A stretch of DNA of 19,356 nucleotides from positions 1 to 19,356 of the forward strand of contig CBFIGT010000036.1 of NCBI GenBank assembly GCA_965662175.1, written 5' to 3'. Origin of the DNA: Arcobacter sp. (GTDB lineage: Bacteria; Campylobacterota; Campylobacteria; Campylobacterales; Arcobacteraceae). This document shows, one piece after another, positions 1-12,748 of the stretch. Numbering within the stretch: the stretch's first letter is position 1; each line of letters starts with the position of its first letter. Below the pieces are notes generated by a model, which worked only from the letters and a program-made list of their open reading frames with translations, searched no databases and had not been told where the DNA came from. A program made the translations under genes and the position numbers.

Positions 1-2
1 AA

Positions 3-491
3 CTAATTTTAGCAATAAGTAAAACAAGTGGTAAAAAAGCCTTGGACATAGCTTGTGGAGCTGGTAAAAACTCTATTTTTTTAGCAAAAAATGATTTTTT
101 TGTTGATGCTTTAGATATATCAGAAATCGCTCTTAATTCCCTCAAAAGTAAAAATCTACAAAATATTACAACAGTTTTAATTGATTTAGATGAGTATACT
201 CCCATAGAAAATAACTATGACTTTATTGTAAAAACTAATTTTTTAGATAGAACTCTTATTCCAAAACTTAGCAATGCTTTAAAAAAAGATGGAGTTTTAT
301 ATATTGAAACCTATATGGAGCATGAAAAAAATGAAAAACAAAACTCAAATCCCGCTTTTTATCTAAAAAAAGATGAGTTAAAAACTTTTTTTGATAATAA
401 GTTTGAAATATTAGATTATGATGAGTTTGATAATGAAGCTATTGAATTATATAAAATGAGAAAACAATCTATTATTGTAAAAAAAGTTTAA
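3..491 (+). CDS. Class I SAM-dependent methyltransferase (TehB-like), 5' end outside the window
   Basis: The frame is open from base 3 (LILAISKTSGKKALDIACGAGKNS). It has SAM motif I ALDIACGAG and post-I VDALDIS. The TTG at 42 is an internal Leu. Confidence 0.85.
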   Translation, partial: LILAISKTSGKKALDIACGAGKNSIFLAKNDFFVDALDISEIALNSLKSKNLQNITTVLIDLDEYTPIENNYDFIVKTNFLDRTLIPKLSNALKKDGVLYIETYMEHEKNEKQNSNPAFYLKKDELKTFFDNKFEILDYDEFDNEAIELYKMRKQSIIVKKV

Positions 492-560
492 AAATTTATT
501 AATAAAAAAAACAAATAAATTATTATATACTCTTTATAAATTAATTAAGGAAATAAATAG

Positions 561-1742
561 ATGTCAAATGATGGAGATTCCATAAGTATAACTCTAAAAG
601 ATAAAAAATTTAAATATTTTGTGGAGGATTATTGGGATATTTTCTTAGGAATAGTTACTATAATAATAGCTTTTTATTTTCATAAAATAGGTCATAAAGA
701 GCTTTCTACCCTATTTTCAGCTATCTCTATTGGATGTTTGTCTATTACTGTTTCAGAAATAGCTGAAATATTATCATCAAGGCTAAAAGAGCCATATGGA
801 AGTTTTGTACTTACTTTTAGTGCTGTTGTTGTTGAGATTATTCTTTTATATATTATTTTACTTCAAAGCTTTGAAAATCCCGAAGTTGTAAATACTGTAA
901 AAGGTGGAATTATTTCAGCTGTAATTGTGGATATGAATGTACTTTTAGGACTTGCTGTTTTTTTAGGTGGACTAAAATTTACAGAACAACAACACAATAA
1001 AGAGACAAGTAGTGCTTATACTACTATTCTTTTTGTATCAGGGATTGCTTTGTTGGTTCCTAGTTTACTAAGTGAGGTTAACCACTCAAAAGAGGTTGTA
1101 GTTCAAGCTTCCATCTTAATATCTATTTTACTTTTTGTATTTTATATTGTAATTGTTATTTTTCAAACAAAAACACATATTCATTTTTTTCAACAAACAG
1201 CAAGAAGTAGAATTTTTCGATTAAGAAGAAAAATGGAAGAAAGCCCTGATTTAAGTGAAAGTGAAAATGATGATTATATTTTTGAAAAATTTAATAATAT
1301 TGGATTAATATTATCTATTTTTGTTTTTATAGCTATTATTGCTTTAAGTGCTGAAATTTTTGCAAATGATGGAATTAGTATAGCGAGTCAATATGGTGTA
1401 TCAGCTGGAATATCAGGGCTTATTATTGCAATAGTTGCTGTTAGTCCTGAGATAATGACAGCAATTAAAGCTGCAAAAAATGATGAGATTCAAAGGGTTG
1501 TAAATATTGCGATGGGAGCATCTACTGTATCTATTTTATTAACAGTTCCTATACTAATGATACTTGCATATCTAAGTGATATTAGATTAGTTTTAGATTT
1601 TAATCCTATGGAAATAGGTGCTTTAATTTTCACAATTGTATTAGCATGGAAAACAACAGATGATGGATATACCAACTATTTTGAGGGTATTGCCCATCTT
1701 ATGTTTTTTATCTCTTTTGCTATTATTGCCATGTATTACTAA
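561..1742 (+). CDS. Calcium:proton antiporter, CaCA family (ChaA-like)
   Basis: About 10-11 hydrophobic segments, alpha-repeat-like motifs FSAVVVE and VAVSPE, VNIAMGAS, an acidic central loop (EESPDLSESENDD) and C-terminal TNYFEG. AAGGA RBS upstream. Confidence 0.8.
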   Translation: MSNDGDSISITLKDKKFKYFVEDYWDIFLGIVTIIIAFYFHKIGHKELSTLFSAISIGCLSITVSEIAEILSSRLKEPYGSFVLTFSAVVVEIILLYIILLQSFENPEVVNTVKGGIISAVIVDMNVLLGLAVFLGGLKFTEQQHNKETSSAYTTILFVSGIALLVPSLLSEVNHSKEVVVQASILISILLFVFYIVIVIFQTKTHIHFFQQTARSRIFRLRRKMEESPDLSESENDDYIFEKFNNIGLILSIFVFIAIIALSAEIFANDGISIASQYGVSAGISGLIIAIVAVSPEIMTAIKAAKNDEIQRVVNIAMGASTVSILLTVPILMILAYLSDIRLVLDFNPMEIGALIFTIVLAWKTTDDGYTNYFEGIAHLMFFISFAIIAMYY

Positions 1743-1761
1743 ACATTTTATATTAATATTT

Positions 1762-3747
1762 TCAATCAATAATGTTAAACTCTTTTCTCATATTTTTTGT
1801 AAGTATTAATATTTTGTTTTTTTCATCTAGGGGTAAAGTTTTAATCTCTTCAAGTTTTATTATGTTTTTATGAAATCTTTTTAGGGAGTTTAAAATATGT
1901 TTTGGCTTTTGATAAGTATTATTTACATGGGAACCTTTTGCTATTAAATAGGATATTATCTTTTCATTTCCCATAAAAGCAGCATAATTTATTGGTAAAA
2001 CTCCAAACTTATCAGCACTATTTAGTAACTTATTATTTATTGTATAAACATATTTTACCTTTGTTAAATCATTGGTCCAAATAGCTGTATGAAGTATATT
2101 TCGGTTTTTAAAATCTACAGAGTTTATATTTGCATTACAACTTATTATATTTTTAACAATACTTATTGGATAATAAATAATACTTCTATGTAAAATATTA
2201 CTTCCATCTTGATAAACTTTATTTATATCAAAACCAAAATATATAATTCTTTTTATTTTTAGATTAACCTCATACTCATCAATATTGTTATTTTCTTTTT
2301 CAAAAATATTATTTAAATAGAAAAAAAGAATATCATCTCCATTTTTATTCTCTTGATTAATATTCGCTCCAAATCTAAAAAATAACATTGTAGTATGCTC
2401 ATCACTTGATAAAAGAGGCAAAAAGAAATATGGATTACCTTGGGAATCAAAATCATTAACTTCTACAATTCTATTTGAAAGCATAAACTCCAAAACATCT
2501 TGAACAAATTTACCCTCGCCAAAACTATTTAATATTTCATCAGAATCTAATAAACCATTTACACTAGAGGGAGTGTATACTTTTGAAGAGCAGTTTATAT
2601 AAATCAAAATATAAATAATCATCTCAATCAAGTTTATATTATTTGCATCTTTTATATTAGGATTAGCCCCATATGAAAGTAGTAATTTAATCATTTCAAA
2701 ATATGATTTATCAGCTCTCATAAATGCTACAACTAAGGCTGTATGCTCATTTGAGTTTGTTTCATTTACATTTAAACCCTTCTCTAAAAGAAGTTTTGTA
2801 CTCTCAATATCATTTTTTGAGCTTGCTATAAATAAAGCATTATTACCCTCATCATCTTTATAATCAATATCAATTCCACTATCTATAAACTTTGTAATAA
2901 TATTTGCTAAAATATTTTTTTGCTTATAATCTTTTAGTGGTTTATTTAAGTTTTTAAGAAAACTCAAAAGTAGATTATTTCCCTCTTTATCTTTTTGGTC
3001 AATAATAGTTTTATACTCTAAAGCTAGTTCAATTAATTTTGAAATTTGATTTATCTCATTTTCATCATCTAACTTTTCTAGTTTTTCTGAGAGATAAAAA
3101 ATAATATTTTTTCCATTTGCATCTGCAATTGCAGGTGAAACTCCACTTTTAATCAAAAACTCCAAAGTAGATATTTTTGTATCTTTAAAATGGTGTAATA
3201 AAGAGTTTCCTTTTATATCACAAATGTTCAAATCTTTATTTTTATCTTCATAATTATAAATAAAATCTATAATTTCAATAGAACCACTTGAAATAGCATC
3301 AAAAAGTATATTTCTACCATAAATATCACTTGAAAATGGTTTTTTTGTTTTTTCAATTATCTTTTTTGTTAAAGGATAATTTCCTGATAAAATAGAGTCT
3401 TGTAATAAAATTCTTTTGTGGGGATTTTTATAATCTAAATCAATATGAAACTCAATAAATAAATCTAAAAATTTTCTAGGTATTTTAGAATGAACAATAA
3501 GAAAAAAAGGTGTCATTCCATTTATATCTTCAATATAAGGATTTGCATGATTTTCAAGTAACCATTTAGCTGATAAAAGTTTATTATCTAAAACAACTTT
3601 ATGTAAAAGTGTTTGTTTATTTTTTTCATCTACAAATGCATTTATTTTAATATCTTTATTGTTAGCTACTATTTTGTCAAGTTTTTTGCTATTTAATGTT
3701 TGCTTTAAAAGTTCACTCAAAAGGGTATTTAAATTATTTGTACTCAT
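1762..3747 (-). CDS. Ankyrin-repeat protein (661 aa)
   Basis: Many ankyrin-like units, e.g. GNNALFIA..LLLEKGLNVN, HTALVVA..LLLSYGANPN, GSNILH and GVLPINYAAFMGNEKIISYLIAKG. Confidence 0.9.
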   Translation of the reverse strand: MSTNNLNTLLSELLKQTLNSKKLDKIVANNKDIKINAFVDEKNKQTLLHKVVLDNKLLSAKWLLENHANPYIEDINGMTPFFLIVHSKIPRKFLDLFIEFHIDLDYKNPHKRILLQDSILSGNYPLTKKIIEKTKKPFSSDIYGRNILFDAISSGSIEIIDFIYNYEDKNKDLNICDIKGNSLLHHFKDTKISTLEFLIKSGVSPAIADANGKNIIFYLSEKLEKLDDENEINQISKLIELALEYKTIIDQKDKEGNNLLLSFLKNLNKPLKDYKQKNILANIITKFIDSGIDIDYKDDEGNNALFIASSKNDIESTKLLLEKGLNVNETNSNEHTALVVAFMRADKSYFEMIKLLLSYGANPNIKDANNINLIEMIIYILIYINCSSKVYTPSSVNGLLDSDEILNSFGEGKFVQDVLEFMLSNRIVEVNDFDSQGNPYFFLPLLSSDEHTTMLFFRFGANINQENKNGDDILFFYLNNIFEKENNNIDEYEVNLKIKRIIYFGFDINKVYQDGSNILHRSIIYYPISIVKNIISCNANINSVDFKNRNILHTAIWTNDLTKVKYVYTINNKLLNSADKFGVLPINYAAFMGNEKIISYLIAKGSHVNNTYQKPKHILNSLKRFHKNIIKLEEIKTLPLDEKNKILILTKNMRKEFNIID

Positions 3748-3897
3748 ATGTCAATATTTCCAATAAAAATTTCAATAAGTAATTATTGTATCAAAAAATA
3801 ATTAAGTTGAGCTATTTGTAAATATAAAATAGCTATTTTTTATATTTACTATCATAAATAGTAACTTAGATTCAAACTCATTATCTAAGCTCAAATT

Positions 3898-3906
3898 TGA
3901 TAAAAT
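3898..3906 (+). promoter_or_regulatory. Extended -10 box (TGaTAAAAT) for glnS
   Basis: TGnTAAAAT about 60 bp upstream of the glnS ATG, with an AAGG RBS before the start. Confidence 0.5.
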
Positions 3907-3964
3907 GCAACTCTTATAAAAGTTTCAAAATCAAAACGAAGTTTATTTAAAAGGTTTAATAATA

Positions 3965-6250
3965 ATGAGTGAAAACAAAGATTTTTTACGTGTCAAAGTT
4001 GAAGAAGATTTAAAGTCAGGTAAGTACAAAGAGGTTATTACTAGATTTCCTCCTGAACCTAATGGGTTCCCTCATATTGGACACGCTAAATCTATTTGTA
4101 TAAATTTTGGTATTGCTAGGGATTATAATGGTTATTGTAACCTTAGAATGGATGATACAAACCCTACAACAGAAGATACAAAATATGTAGAAGCACTAAA
4201 AGATGCTGTTGAATGGTTAGGATTTCAATGGAAAGATGAAGTACAATATACATCAAACTATTTTCAAAAAATATATGAATACGCAGTAGAACTTATCAAA
4301 ATGGGTAAGGCTTATGTGGATAGTATTGATGAAGAACAAATGAGAGAATATAGAGGTACTGTAACACAAGCTGGTAAAAGAAGTGAGTATGCTAATCGTT
4401 CTATTGAAGAAAATTTAGATTTATTTGAAAAAATGAAAAATGGTGAGTTTAAAGATGGGGATCATGTACTTAGAGCCAAAATAGATATGAGTGCTGCTAA
4501 TATGAAACTAAGAGATCCGCTTCTTTATAGAATCAGACATGCTCACCACTTTAGAACACAAAATGATTGGTGCATCTATCCTATGTATGATTTTGCTCAC
4601 TGTTTGAGTGATTATATTGAGGGTGTTACTCACTCTATTTGTACCCTAGAGTTTGAGAACAATCGTGATATTTATGATTGGGTTTTAGATGAGTTAAACC
4701 TTACACCTCCTAGACCATACCAACATGAGTTTGCTAGACTTGGGATAAATTATACAGTTATGAGTAAAAGAAAACTTCTTGAACTTGTAAATGGTAATTA
4801 TGTAAGTGGTTGGGATGACCCACGAATGCCTACAATAGCTGGATACAAAAGAAGAGGATATACAAAAGAGTCTATAATTAATTTTTGTAATCAAATAGGT
4901 ATTGCAAAAGCTAACTCTATGGTTGATGTTTCTCAACTAGAATTTTGTATTAGAGATGATTTAAATACAAAAGCACCAAGAGTTATGGCTGTACTAGATC
5001 CAATAAAAGTAACTATTACTAATTATGAAGGAAGTGAAGAGATTGAAGCTTCATATTATCCACATGATGTACCAAAAGAGGGAAGTAGAAAAATACCATT
5101 TTCTAATGTTGTTTATATAAATAGAGAAGATTTTAGTGAAAACCCAGTTAAAGGTTATAATAGATTAACTCCTAATCAAGCTGTTAGACTAAGACATGCT
5201 TATATTATAACTTGTAAAGAACTTATTAAAGATTCTAATGGAAATATTGTAGAAATAAAAGCAGAATATAATCCACAATCAAAAAGTGGAAGTGATACAA
5301 GTGGAATCAAAGTAAAAAGTGCTATTCAATGGGTTGATGCAAAAAAAGCAAAAAAAATTGAAGTAAGACTTTATGATAGATTATATAAAAATGAAGCTCC
5401 AGAAGGTTTAGAGGATTTAAATCCAAACTCACTAACAATCATCAAAGATGCTTTGATAGAACCAGCTGTTATTACAGACAAAGCTGATGAGAGATTTCAG
5501 TTTGAAAGAGAGGGTTATTTTTATGCTGACCCTGTTGATTATACAGATGAAGCTCCTGTATTTAATAAAATAGTTGGACTTAAAGACTCTTGGGCTAAGA
5601 AAATTAAAAAAGAAGATAAGCCAAAAGTTGAAGCTGTAAAAAAACAAGAAGTTAAAAAAGAAGTAGTTCATGGTGAAGCTACTGAAATGACAGAAAATCA
5701 AAAAGCTCTTTTTGAAAAGTATACAAATGAATATGAATTAAATGATGAAGTGTCAAATACGCTAGCAAGAGATGAAAAATTATCATTATTTTATAAAAAA
5801 ATACTAACAAGAGTAAAATTTATCAACCCTAAAAATGGCTTATTGAAGATTATAGCAAATATTGTAATCAATGATGTTGCAAGAGAAATAAAAAAAGATT
5901 ATATTAATTCACATATTTCTGAAAGAAATATACTTGAATTAGCATATATGATATTTTATGAAAAAATTTCAAGTAAAATTGCTAAACAAGTATTTGAAAA
6001 TATGGTTGAATCAGGAAACAGTCCAGAAAAAATAGTTGAAGATAAAGGGCTTATTCAAATAAGTGATTCAAGTGTTATTTTACCAATTATAGATGAAGTT
6101 ATCGAAAAAAATCCTGATAATGTAGCTAAATATAAAGCAGGAAATCAAAAACTATTTGGTTTTTTTGTTGGACAAGTTTTAAAAGCAACAGGTGGAAAAG
6201 CTAATCCAAAAATTGTAAATGAATTAGTATTAGAAAAACTAAACTCTTAA
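3965..6250 (+). CDS. glnS: Glutamine--tRNA ligase with C-terminal GatB/YqeY domain
   Basis: TRFPPEPNG-HIGH motif, MDDTNP, YPMYDFAH, VMSKR (KMSKS equivalent), GWDDPRMPT and FQFEREGYF. The tail KYKAGNQKLFGFFVGQVLKATGGKANP is GatB/YqeY-type. Confidence 0.95.
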   Translation: MSENKDFLRVKVEEDLKSGKYKEVITRFPPEPNGFPHIGHAKSICINFGIARDYNGYCNLRMDDTNPTTEDTKYVEALKDAVEWLGFQWKDEVQYTSNYFQKIYEYAVELIKMGKAYVDSIDEEQMREYRGTVTQAGKRSEYANRSIEENLDLFEKMKNGEFKDGDHVLRAKIDMSAANMKLRDPLLYRIRHAHHFRTQNDWCIYPMYDFAHCLSDYIEGVTHSICTLEFENNRDIYDWVLDELNLTPPRPYQHEFARLGINYTVMSKRKLLELVNGNYVSGWDDPRMPTIAGYKRRGYTKESIINFCNQIGIAKANSMVDVSQLEFCIRDDLNTKAPRVMAVLDPIKVTITNYEGSEEIEASYYPHDVPKEGSRKIPFSNVVYINREDFSENPVKGYNRLTPNQAVRLRHAYIITCKELIKDSNGNIVEIKAEYNPQSKSGSDTSGIKVKSAIQWVDAKKAKKIEVRLYDRLYKNEAPEGLEDLNPNSLTIIKDALIEPAVITDKADERFQFEREGYFYADPVDYTDEAPVFNKIVGLKDSWAKKIKKEDKPKVEAVKKQEVKKEVVHGEATEMTENQKALFEKYTNEYELNDEVSNTLARDEKLSLFYKKILTRVKFINPKNGLLKIIANIVINDVAREIKKDYINSHISERNILELAYMIFYEKISSKIAKQVFENMVESGNSPEKIVEDKGLIQISDSSVILPIIDEVIEKNPDNVAKYKAGNQKLFGFFVGQVLKATGGKANPKIVNELVLEKLNS

Positions 6251-6259
6251 TCAGTTAAT

Positions 6260-6283
6260 TAAGGCTAGTAAAAACTAGCCTTA
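6260..6283 (+). terminator. Hairpin terminator after glnS
   Basis: TAAGGCTAGT-AAAA-ACTAGCCTTA, a 10-bp perfect stem starting 10 nt after the stop. Confidence 0.65.
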
Positions 6284-6353
6284 TTCTAAACTCTTCTTAT
6301 ATTTGATTTATACTCATTTTATATATAATTACAGTCTATTTAAAGGTGGTCTT

Positions 6354-7307
6354 ATGAATATTGTTATTATTGGTGCTGGTGGAATTGGTGCATATTATGG
6401 AATGATTTTACACAAAGCTGGATGCTACGTAAAATTTATAGCCCGAGGTGAAAACCTTAAATATCTAAAAAACAATAAAATGAAAATGACCCATCCAAAC
6501 TATACAATTGAAGATAAAATTGATACCTTTAGTATAGATGAGTTTACACAAACATTTAAACCAAAAGATATTGATGCTATTTTTATAGCAACAAAAGCTA
6601 TGAGTACAGAATCTATTTCAAAAAAACTTGCTCTTTGGACAAAAGATAATAGAAATATTCCATACTATATTTCACTACAAAATGGTGTTGAAAATGAAGA
6701 TATAATGGAACAATACTATAATAAAGAGTATGTTATTGGTGGGCTAACTCGTCTTATTGTATCTCACACAATTTCACTAGGTCATGTTCATTGCGAGGGT
6801 GGAGTTGAAACTCTTCTTGGTGCTTTACATCATACTGAAAAAAACACTCTATTTTTAAATAAGTTAAAAACATTACTAGATAATAAAACACAAACTACTA
6901 CTATAATATGTGAAAATATTAAACTAGAATTATGGAATAAACTAATCATAAACAACGGAGTTAATGCAATATGTGCTTTAGTGGAAGAGGAAACAGCTCC
7001 TCTTTTGCAAAATGAAAAAACATCTAAAATCATATATGGTCTTATGTGTGAAGCAGCACTTGCCTCAAATGCAGTTGGTATTAATCTAAGCCAAAAAGAT
7101 GCTAAAAAAATGTTTGAACTATATAAAAAGTTTCAATCAGTTAAACCCTCTATGTGGGTTGATAAGGAGAACAATAGGGAGTTAGAGTTAGAACAAATTT
7201 GTGGTGTTGTTATCAAAAACTGTGAAAAACAAGGTTTTGATGCACCTTATACAAGAACTATATCCACTCTACTTGATTTTACATATAAAAATAAAAAAAC
7301 AATTTGA
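6354..7307 (+). CDS. panE: Ketopantoate reductase family protein (2-dehydropantoate 2-reductase)
   Basis: Rossmann fold start MNIVIIGAGGIG, then ATKA, SLQNGV, LWNKLIIN and PSMWVD..ELE. Start moved to ATG 6354, which follows AAAGGTGGT (RBS) and TATAAT at 6324-6329. Confidence 0.85.
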   Translation: MNIVIIGAGGIGAYYGMILHKAGCYVKFIARGENLKYLKNNKMKMTHPNYTIEDKIDTFSIDEFTQTFKPKDIDAIFIATKAMSTESISKKLALWTKDNRNIPYYISLQNGVENEDIMEQYYNKEYVIGGLTRLIVSHTISLGHVHCEGGVETLLGALHHTEKNTLFLNKLKTLLDNKTQTTTIICENIKLELWNKLIINNGVNAICALVEEETAPLLQNEKTSKIIYGLMCEAALASNAVGINLSQKDAKKMFELYKKFQSVKPSMWVDKENNRELELEQICGVVIKNCEKQGFDAPYTRTISTLLDFTYKNKKTI

Positions 7308-7326
7308 TTTATCAAGTAAGTTTTCC

Positions 7327-7356
7327 AATAAGTAAAAGTATAAACTTTTACTTATT
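7327..7356. terminator. Probable bidirectional terminator between convergent panE and katG
   Basis: AATAAGTAAAAGT-ATAA-ACTTTTACTTATT, a 13-bp perfect inverted repeat. Confidence 0.6.
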
Positions 7357-7371
7357 TTCTTTTAAGATTAA

Positions 7372-9591
<2,220 letters not shown>

Positions 9592-9802
9592 TTATATAAT
9601 TAGTTTATATAAGAAATATTACTCTCATAAATCTTAACAACAACTTTAAAGGAAAATAATTATCTTCTAATAAAATTTGTTTAAATTTAAACTTTTATTA
9701 GAATCTTTTTTGAAAACTTTATTATTTACTTATAAAAAAGTAAGGATTAAATATGATAATTTATTTCTTGCATTTTTTTGCTAAAATATTATTTTTATAT
9801 TT

Positions 9803-11299
9803 TTACAAATGGGAAAAACTTATTTTAAAACATGCACCATGGTAAGCTTTATCATTGAATTCAAACTCTTCATTTGATACACTAAGTTGACCATTAAAGT
9901 GTTTAGTAATTATCTCTGTACACATAAATAGACCTATTCCTGTACCTTGAGATTTGTATTTTGTCGTAAAATATGGCTCAAATATTTTGGATAAAATCTC
10001 TTTAGGCACTCCAGTTCCATTATCTTGAATTTTAATTATTACATTATCTTTATCTAAATAGACTGATATTTTTATTATTCTATTTTTTATTTTATTTATA
10101 ATAAAATTATCATATGCATTATTTAAAATGTTAAGTATTACTTGTGAAAATTCACCCTCAAGATTTTTTATAATTATTGGAGCTTTAGGAAAACTATATA
10201 ACACTTCAATATATTCGTTTTTAAAGTTACTCTCTATTATATTCTCTACTTTTAATATCGTATCTACTACGTTAAACTCTATTTTTTCATTGTTTGGTTT
10301 AAAAAAATTTCTAAAATCTTCTATTGTCAAAGATAAAAAGTTTGCCTTATTTATAATACTTTGCATTCTCTGCTCAATTTCATCTTTTTTTAAAATATCT
10401 AACTCATTATTTATTTTTACAGAAGATGCTGAAGAGGTAATAGCACTAAGAGGTTGTCTCCATTGGTGAGCGATATTTCCTATCATCTCTCCCATTGCTG
10501 CTAATTTTGATTGTTGAAAAAGTTGAGTCTCTCTTTCTCTTGATATTTTAATCTCTTTTTTAATTTTTGCTTCTAAGTTTTTGTTTATATTTCGAAGCTC
10601 TTTTGTTTTTTGTTCAACTTTTTCTTGAAGTTCAAACTCTATTTTTTGCTCTTTTAAGTTATTTTTACTAAGAATATACATAATTGCAAAAGAAATACTT
10701 ATAAATAAAATCGAAAAAATATTATAAAAAAAGTTTATTCGTCCCATAAGAGTATCAAATTTCATCTTTTTATCTGTAATATCGTAGTATATCTCAGATG
10801 AGCCAGTAAAAACTCCATCTTTAGTTATTGGAATATATATCTCAGCTACATCTTTTCTTACTTTTACACCATCAGAAGAGTCTTCTCCTTTTTTTACAAC
10901 TTTGTAATGTATCTCACCCTTAGCAACTTTCTCAAAATAGTAACTATTATTGTTGATTGTTCCTATTTCTGAAGTTTTTGTTGAAAAGATAATTTGACCT
11001 TTTTCATCAAATAATCTTATTTTATAAAGATTAAAATCATCTTTTAACTTGTCAAGTGCGGTATAAAATACAGTTGATTGTACATCATTATTTTGATGTC
11101 TTGCAATATGCATTCCTACTTTTTTTGCATCATCCAAAGTGTTATTAATAAGTTGATTATAAAAAGATGGAACAATAAATTTATATGCAGCAAAAGGAAG
11201 TAAAAAAGCAACAAACACACTCCCTAGAAATATAAATAAATATAATTTATTTTTAAAAATATTTATAAGGATATCAAATTTTTCTACTTCTACTTTCAT
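9803..11299 (-). CDS. Membrane-bound sensor histidine kinase
   Basis: Two TM segments flank a periplasmic domain. H-box MGEMIGNIAHQWRQPL, N-box QVILNILNNA, G1 DNGTG, F-box IFEPYFTTK, G2 GTGIGL. Confidence 0.93.
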   Translation of the reverse strand: MKVEVEKFDILINIFKNKLYLFIFLGSVFVAFLLPFAAYKFIVPSFYNQLINNTLDDAKKVGMHIARHQNNDVQSTVFYTALDKLKDDFNLYKIRLFDEKGQIIFSTKTSEIGTINNNSYYFEKVAKGEIHYKVVKKGEDSSDGVKVRKDVAEIYIPITKDGVFTGSSEIYYDITDKKMKFDTLMGRINFFYNIFSILFISISFAIMYILSKNNLKEQKIEFELQEKVEQKTKELRNINKNLEAKIKKEIKISRERETQLFQQSKLAAMGEMIGNIAHQWRQPLSAITSSASSVKINNELDILKKDEIEQRMQSIINKANFLSLTIEDFRNFFKPNNEKIEFNVVDTILKVENIIESNFKNEYIEVLYSFPKAPIIIKNLEGEFSQVILNILNNAYDNFIINKIKNRIIKISVYLDKDNVIIKIQDNGTGVPKEILSKIFEPYFTTKYKSQGTGIGLFMCTEIITKHFNGQLSVSNEEFEFNDKAYHGACFKISFSHL

Positions 11300-11358
11300 G
11301 CTTCTATTTTAGCAGTTAAAGATATCATAGTCAATTGAAATTTTTATATATTTCTCTC

Positions 11359-12162
11359 TCATTTTTTCAACTCTTTAATAACTTGATAAGCTTGATTTAT
11401 CTCTTGAGTTTTTGCAGTTGCTTCTTCCATATATTTTTCATCTTTATCTTGAGAGCTTAAAATATCAGGATGATACTCTCTTATTAGTTTTCTATAGGCT
11501 TTTTTGATTGTATTAATATCATCACTCTCTTTTACACCTAAGATTTCATAAGCTTTTTGTGCTGTCATAGATTGTTGATTATTTTTCATTTTTTGCGCTA
11601 AGCTATTTACAATAGAGTCATAAACTTCAGATGAGATACCTAACTCATTTGCAATCTCTTTTAAAATCTTCTCTTCATCAGAACTAATTCCCTTATCAAT
11701 AAATGCTAACTGAATTAAAAAACTAATAAACTGTCTACGTTTAAGTATACTTTTTCCAAGTAAACTATTAAGAGATTTTGCTATCTCTTTTGTATCATCA
11801 AGAGTCTGTTTTTCATCATTGAAAATCTCTTTCATGATATCTCTTGCTTTCTCTTTCTCATCAAAAACTTTAGAGATATCATCAAACATCATACCAATAA
11901 GTTGAGCCTCTAACTCATCAACTCTTCCATCAGCTTTTGCAACTTTAGCAACTAAAGCAATAAAATGACCCAAATAGCTAGCCCTAAAAAGCTCTTTTGA
12001 ATTTGAAAGTTTATTTAGCTTTTTTCTTGCATAATATTTATAGAGTTTAAAGGCTACATATAAACCAACAATAACAGAAAAAGTTAGAAAAGTATTTACA
12101 ATAAAAGTGTAATACAATATCACAAGAAGTATTGCTATAAATATCCATTTTTTTAATTTCAT
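11359..12162 (-). CDS. djlA: DjlA-like co-chaperone (N-terminal TM, TerB-like domain, C-terminal J domain)
   Basis: VAKVAKADGRVDELE (TerB-like) and J domain AYEILGV..IKKAYRKLIREYHPD..INQAY. Confidence 0.8.
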   Translation of the reverse strand: MKLKKWIFIAILLVILYYTFIVNTFLTFSVIVGLYVAFKLYKYYARKKLNKLSNSKELFRASYLGHFIALVAKVAKADGRVDELEAQLIGMMFDDISKVFDEKEKARDIMKEIFNDEKQTLDDTKEIAKSLNSLLGKSILKRRQFISFLIQLAFIDKGISSDEEKILKEIANELGISSEVYDSIVNSLAQKMKNNQQSMTAQKAYEILGVKESDDINTIKKAYRKLIREYHPDILSSQDKDEKYMEEATAKTQEINQAYQVIKELKK

Positions 12163-12295
12163 TTTTTAATCCATTTTTACTTAATTATTAGTTGAAAATT
12201 ATATCTTTTTAAACTTAATGAACTAAATATAGATTGTACCAATTAACAAATAGTACACACTTTTTTAATATACTAAAAATAAAACAAGGTTAAGA

Positions 12296-12748
12296 ATGGA
12301 TTCTTTTGATTTCTTTAGTACACTCATGCCCTCAAGCCAAAAACTACTTCAAAACTCCTCGCAATTTAGAATAATTCCCCAAGGTACACAACTTTATGCC
12401 CAAGGTGATATTTGTGCAGGTATACTTTTTTTGACAAAAGGAAAAGTTAGAGTAGTAAGACAAAATGAAAATGGACAAAGTGTATTACTTTACTATTTTT
12501 CAAAAGGTGAACAGTGTAATGTAAACTTTACAAGCTCCTATAACTCAGCACCAGCTGTTGGTACTGCAATTGCAGAAACTAATATAGAAGGCTTTGATGT
12601 TCCAGTTGAACTTATCTCAAAACTATTTATAGAAGATAAAGAGTTTCAAAGATATGTGTTTGAACAATATGTAAATAGACTTGAATCAATGGCTTCTTTG
12701 AATGATTTTTTTCATTTGATTTTCCTTATTAATTTTAAATTGAAGTGA
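12296..12748 (+). pseudogene. Crp/Fnr-family transcriptional regulator, 3'-truncated (HTH domain lost)
   Basis: cNMP-binding beta-barrel (LYAQGD..LTKGKVRV..LLYYFSKGEQC..GTAIAET) and C-helix up to RLESMASL. It then runs into an unrelated tail (NDFFHLIFLINFKLK*), with no HTH continuation visible downstream. Confidence 0.8.

Noticed and set aside
3826..3889. Short palindromes AAAATAGCTATTTT and CTTAGAT-N11-ATCTAAG between the ankyrin gene and glnS
   Set aside because: Short, AT-rich and single-copy, so not distinguishable from chance here.
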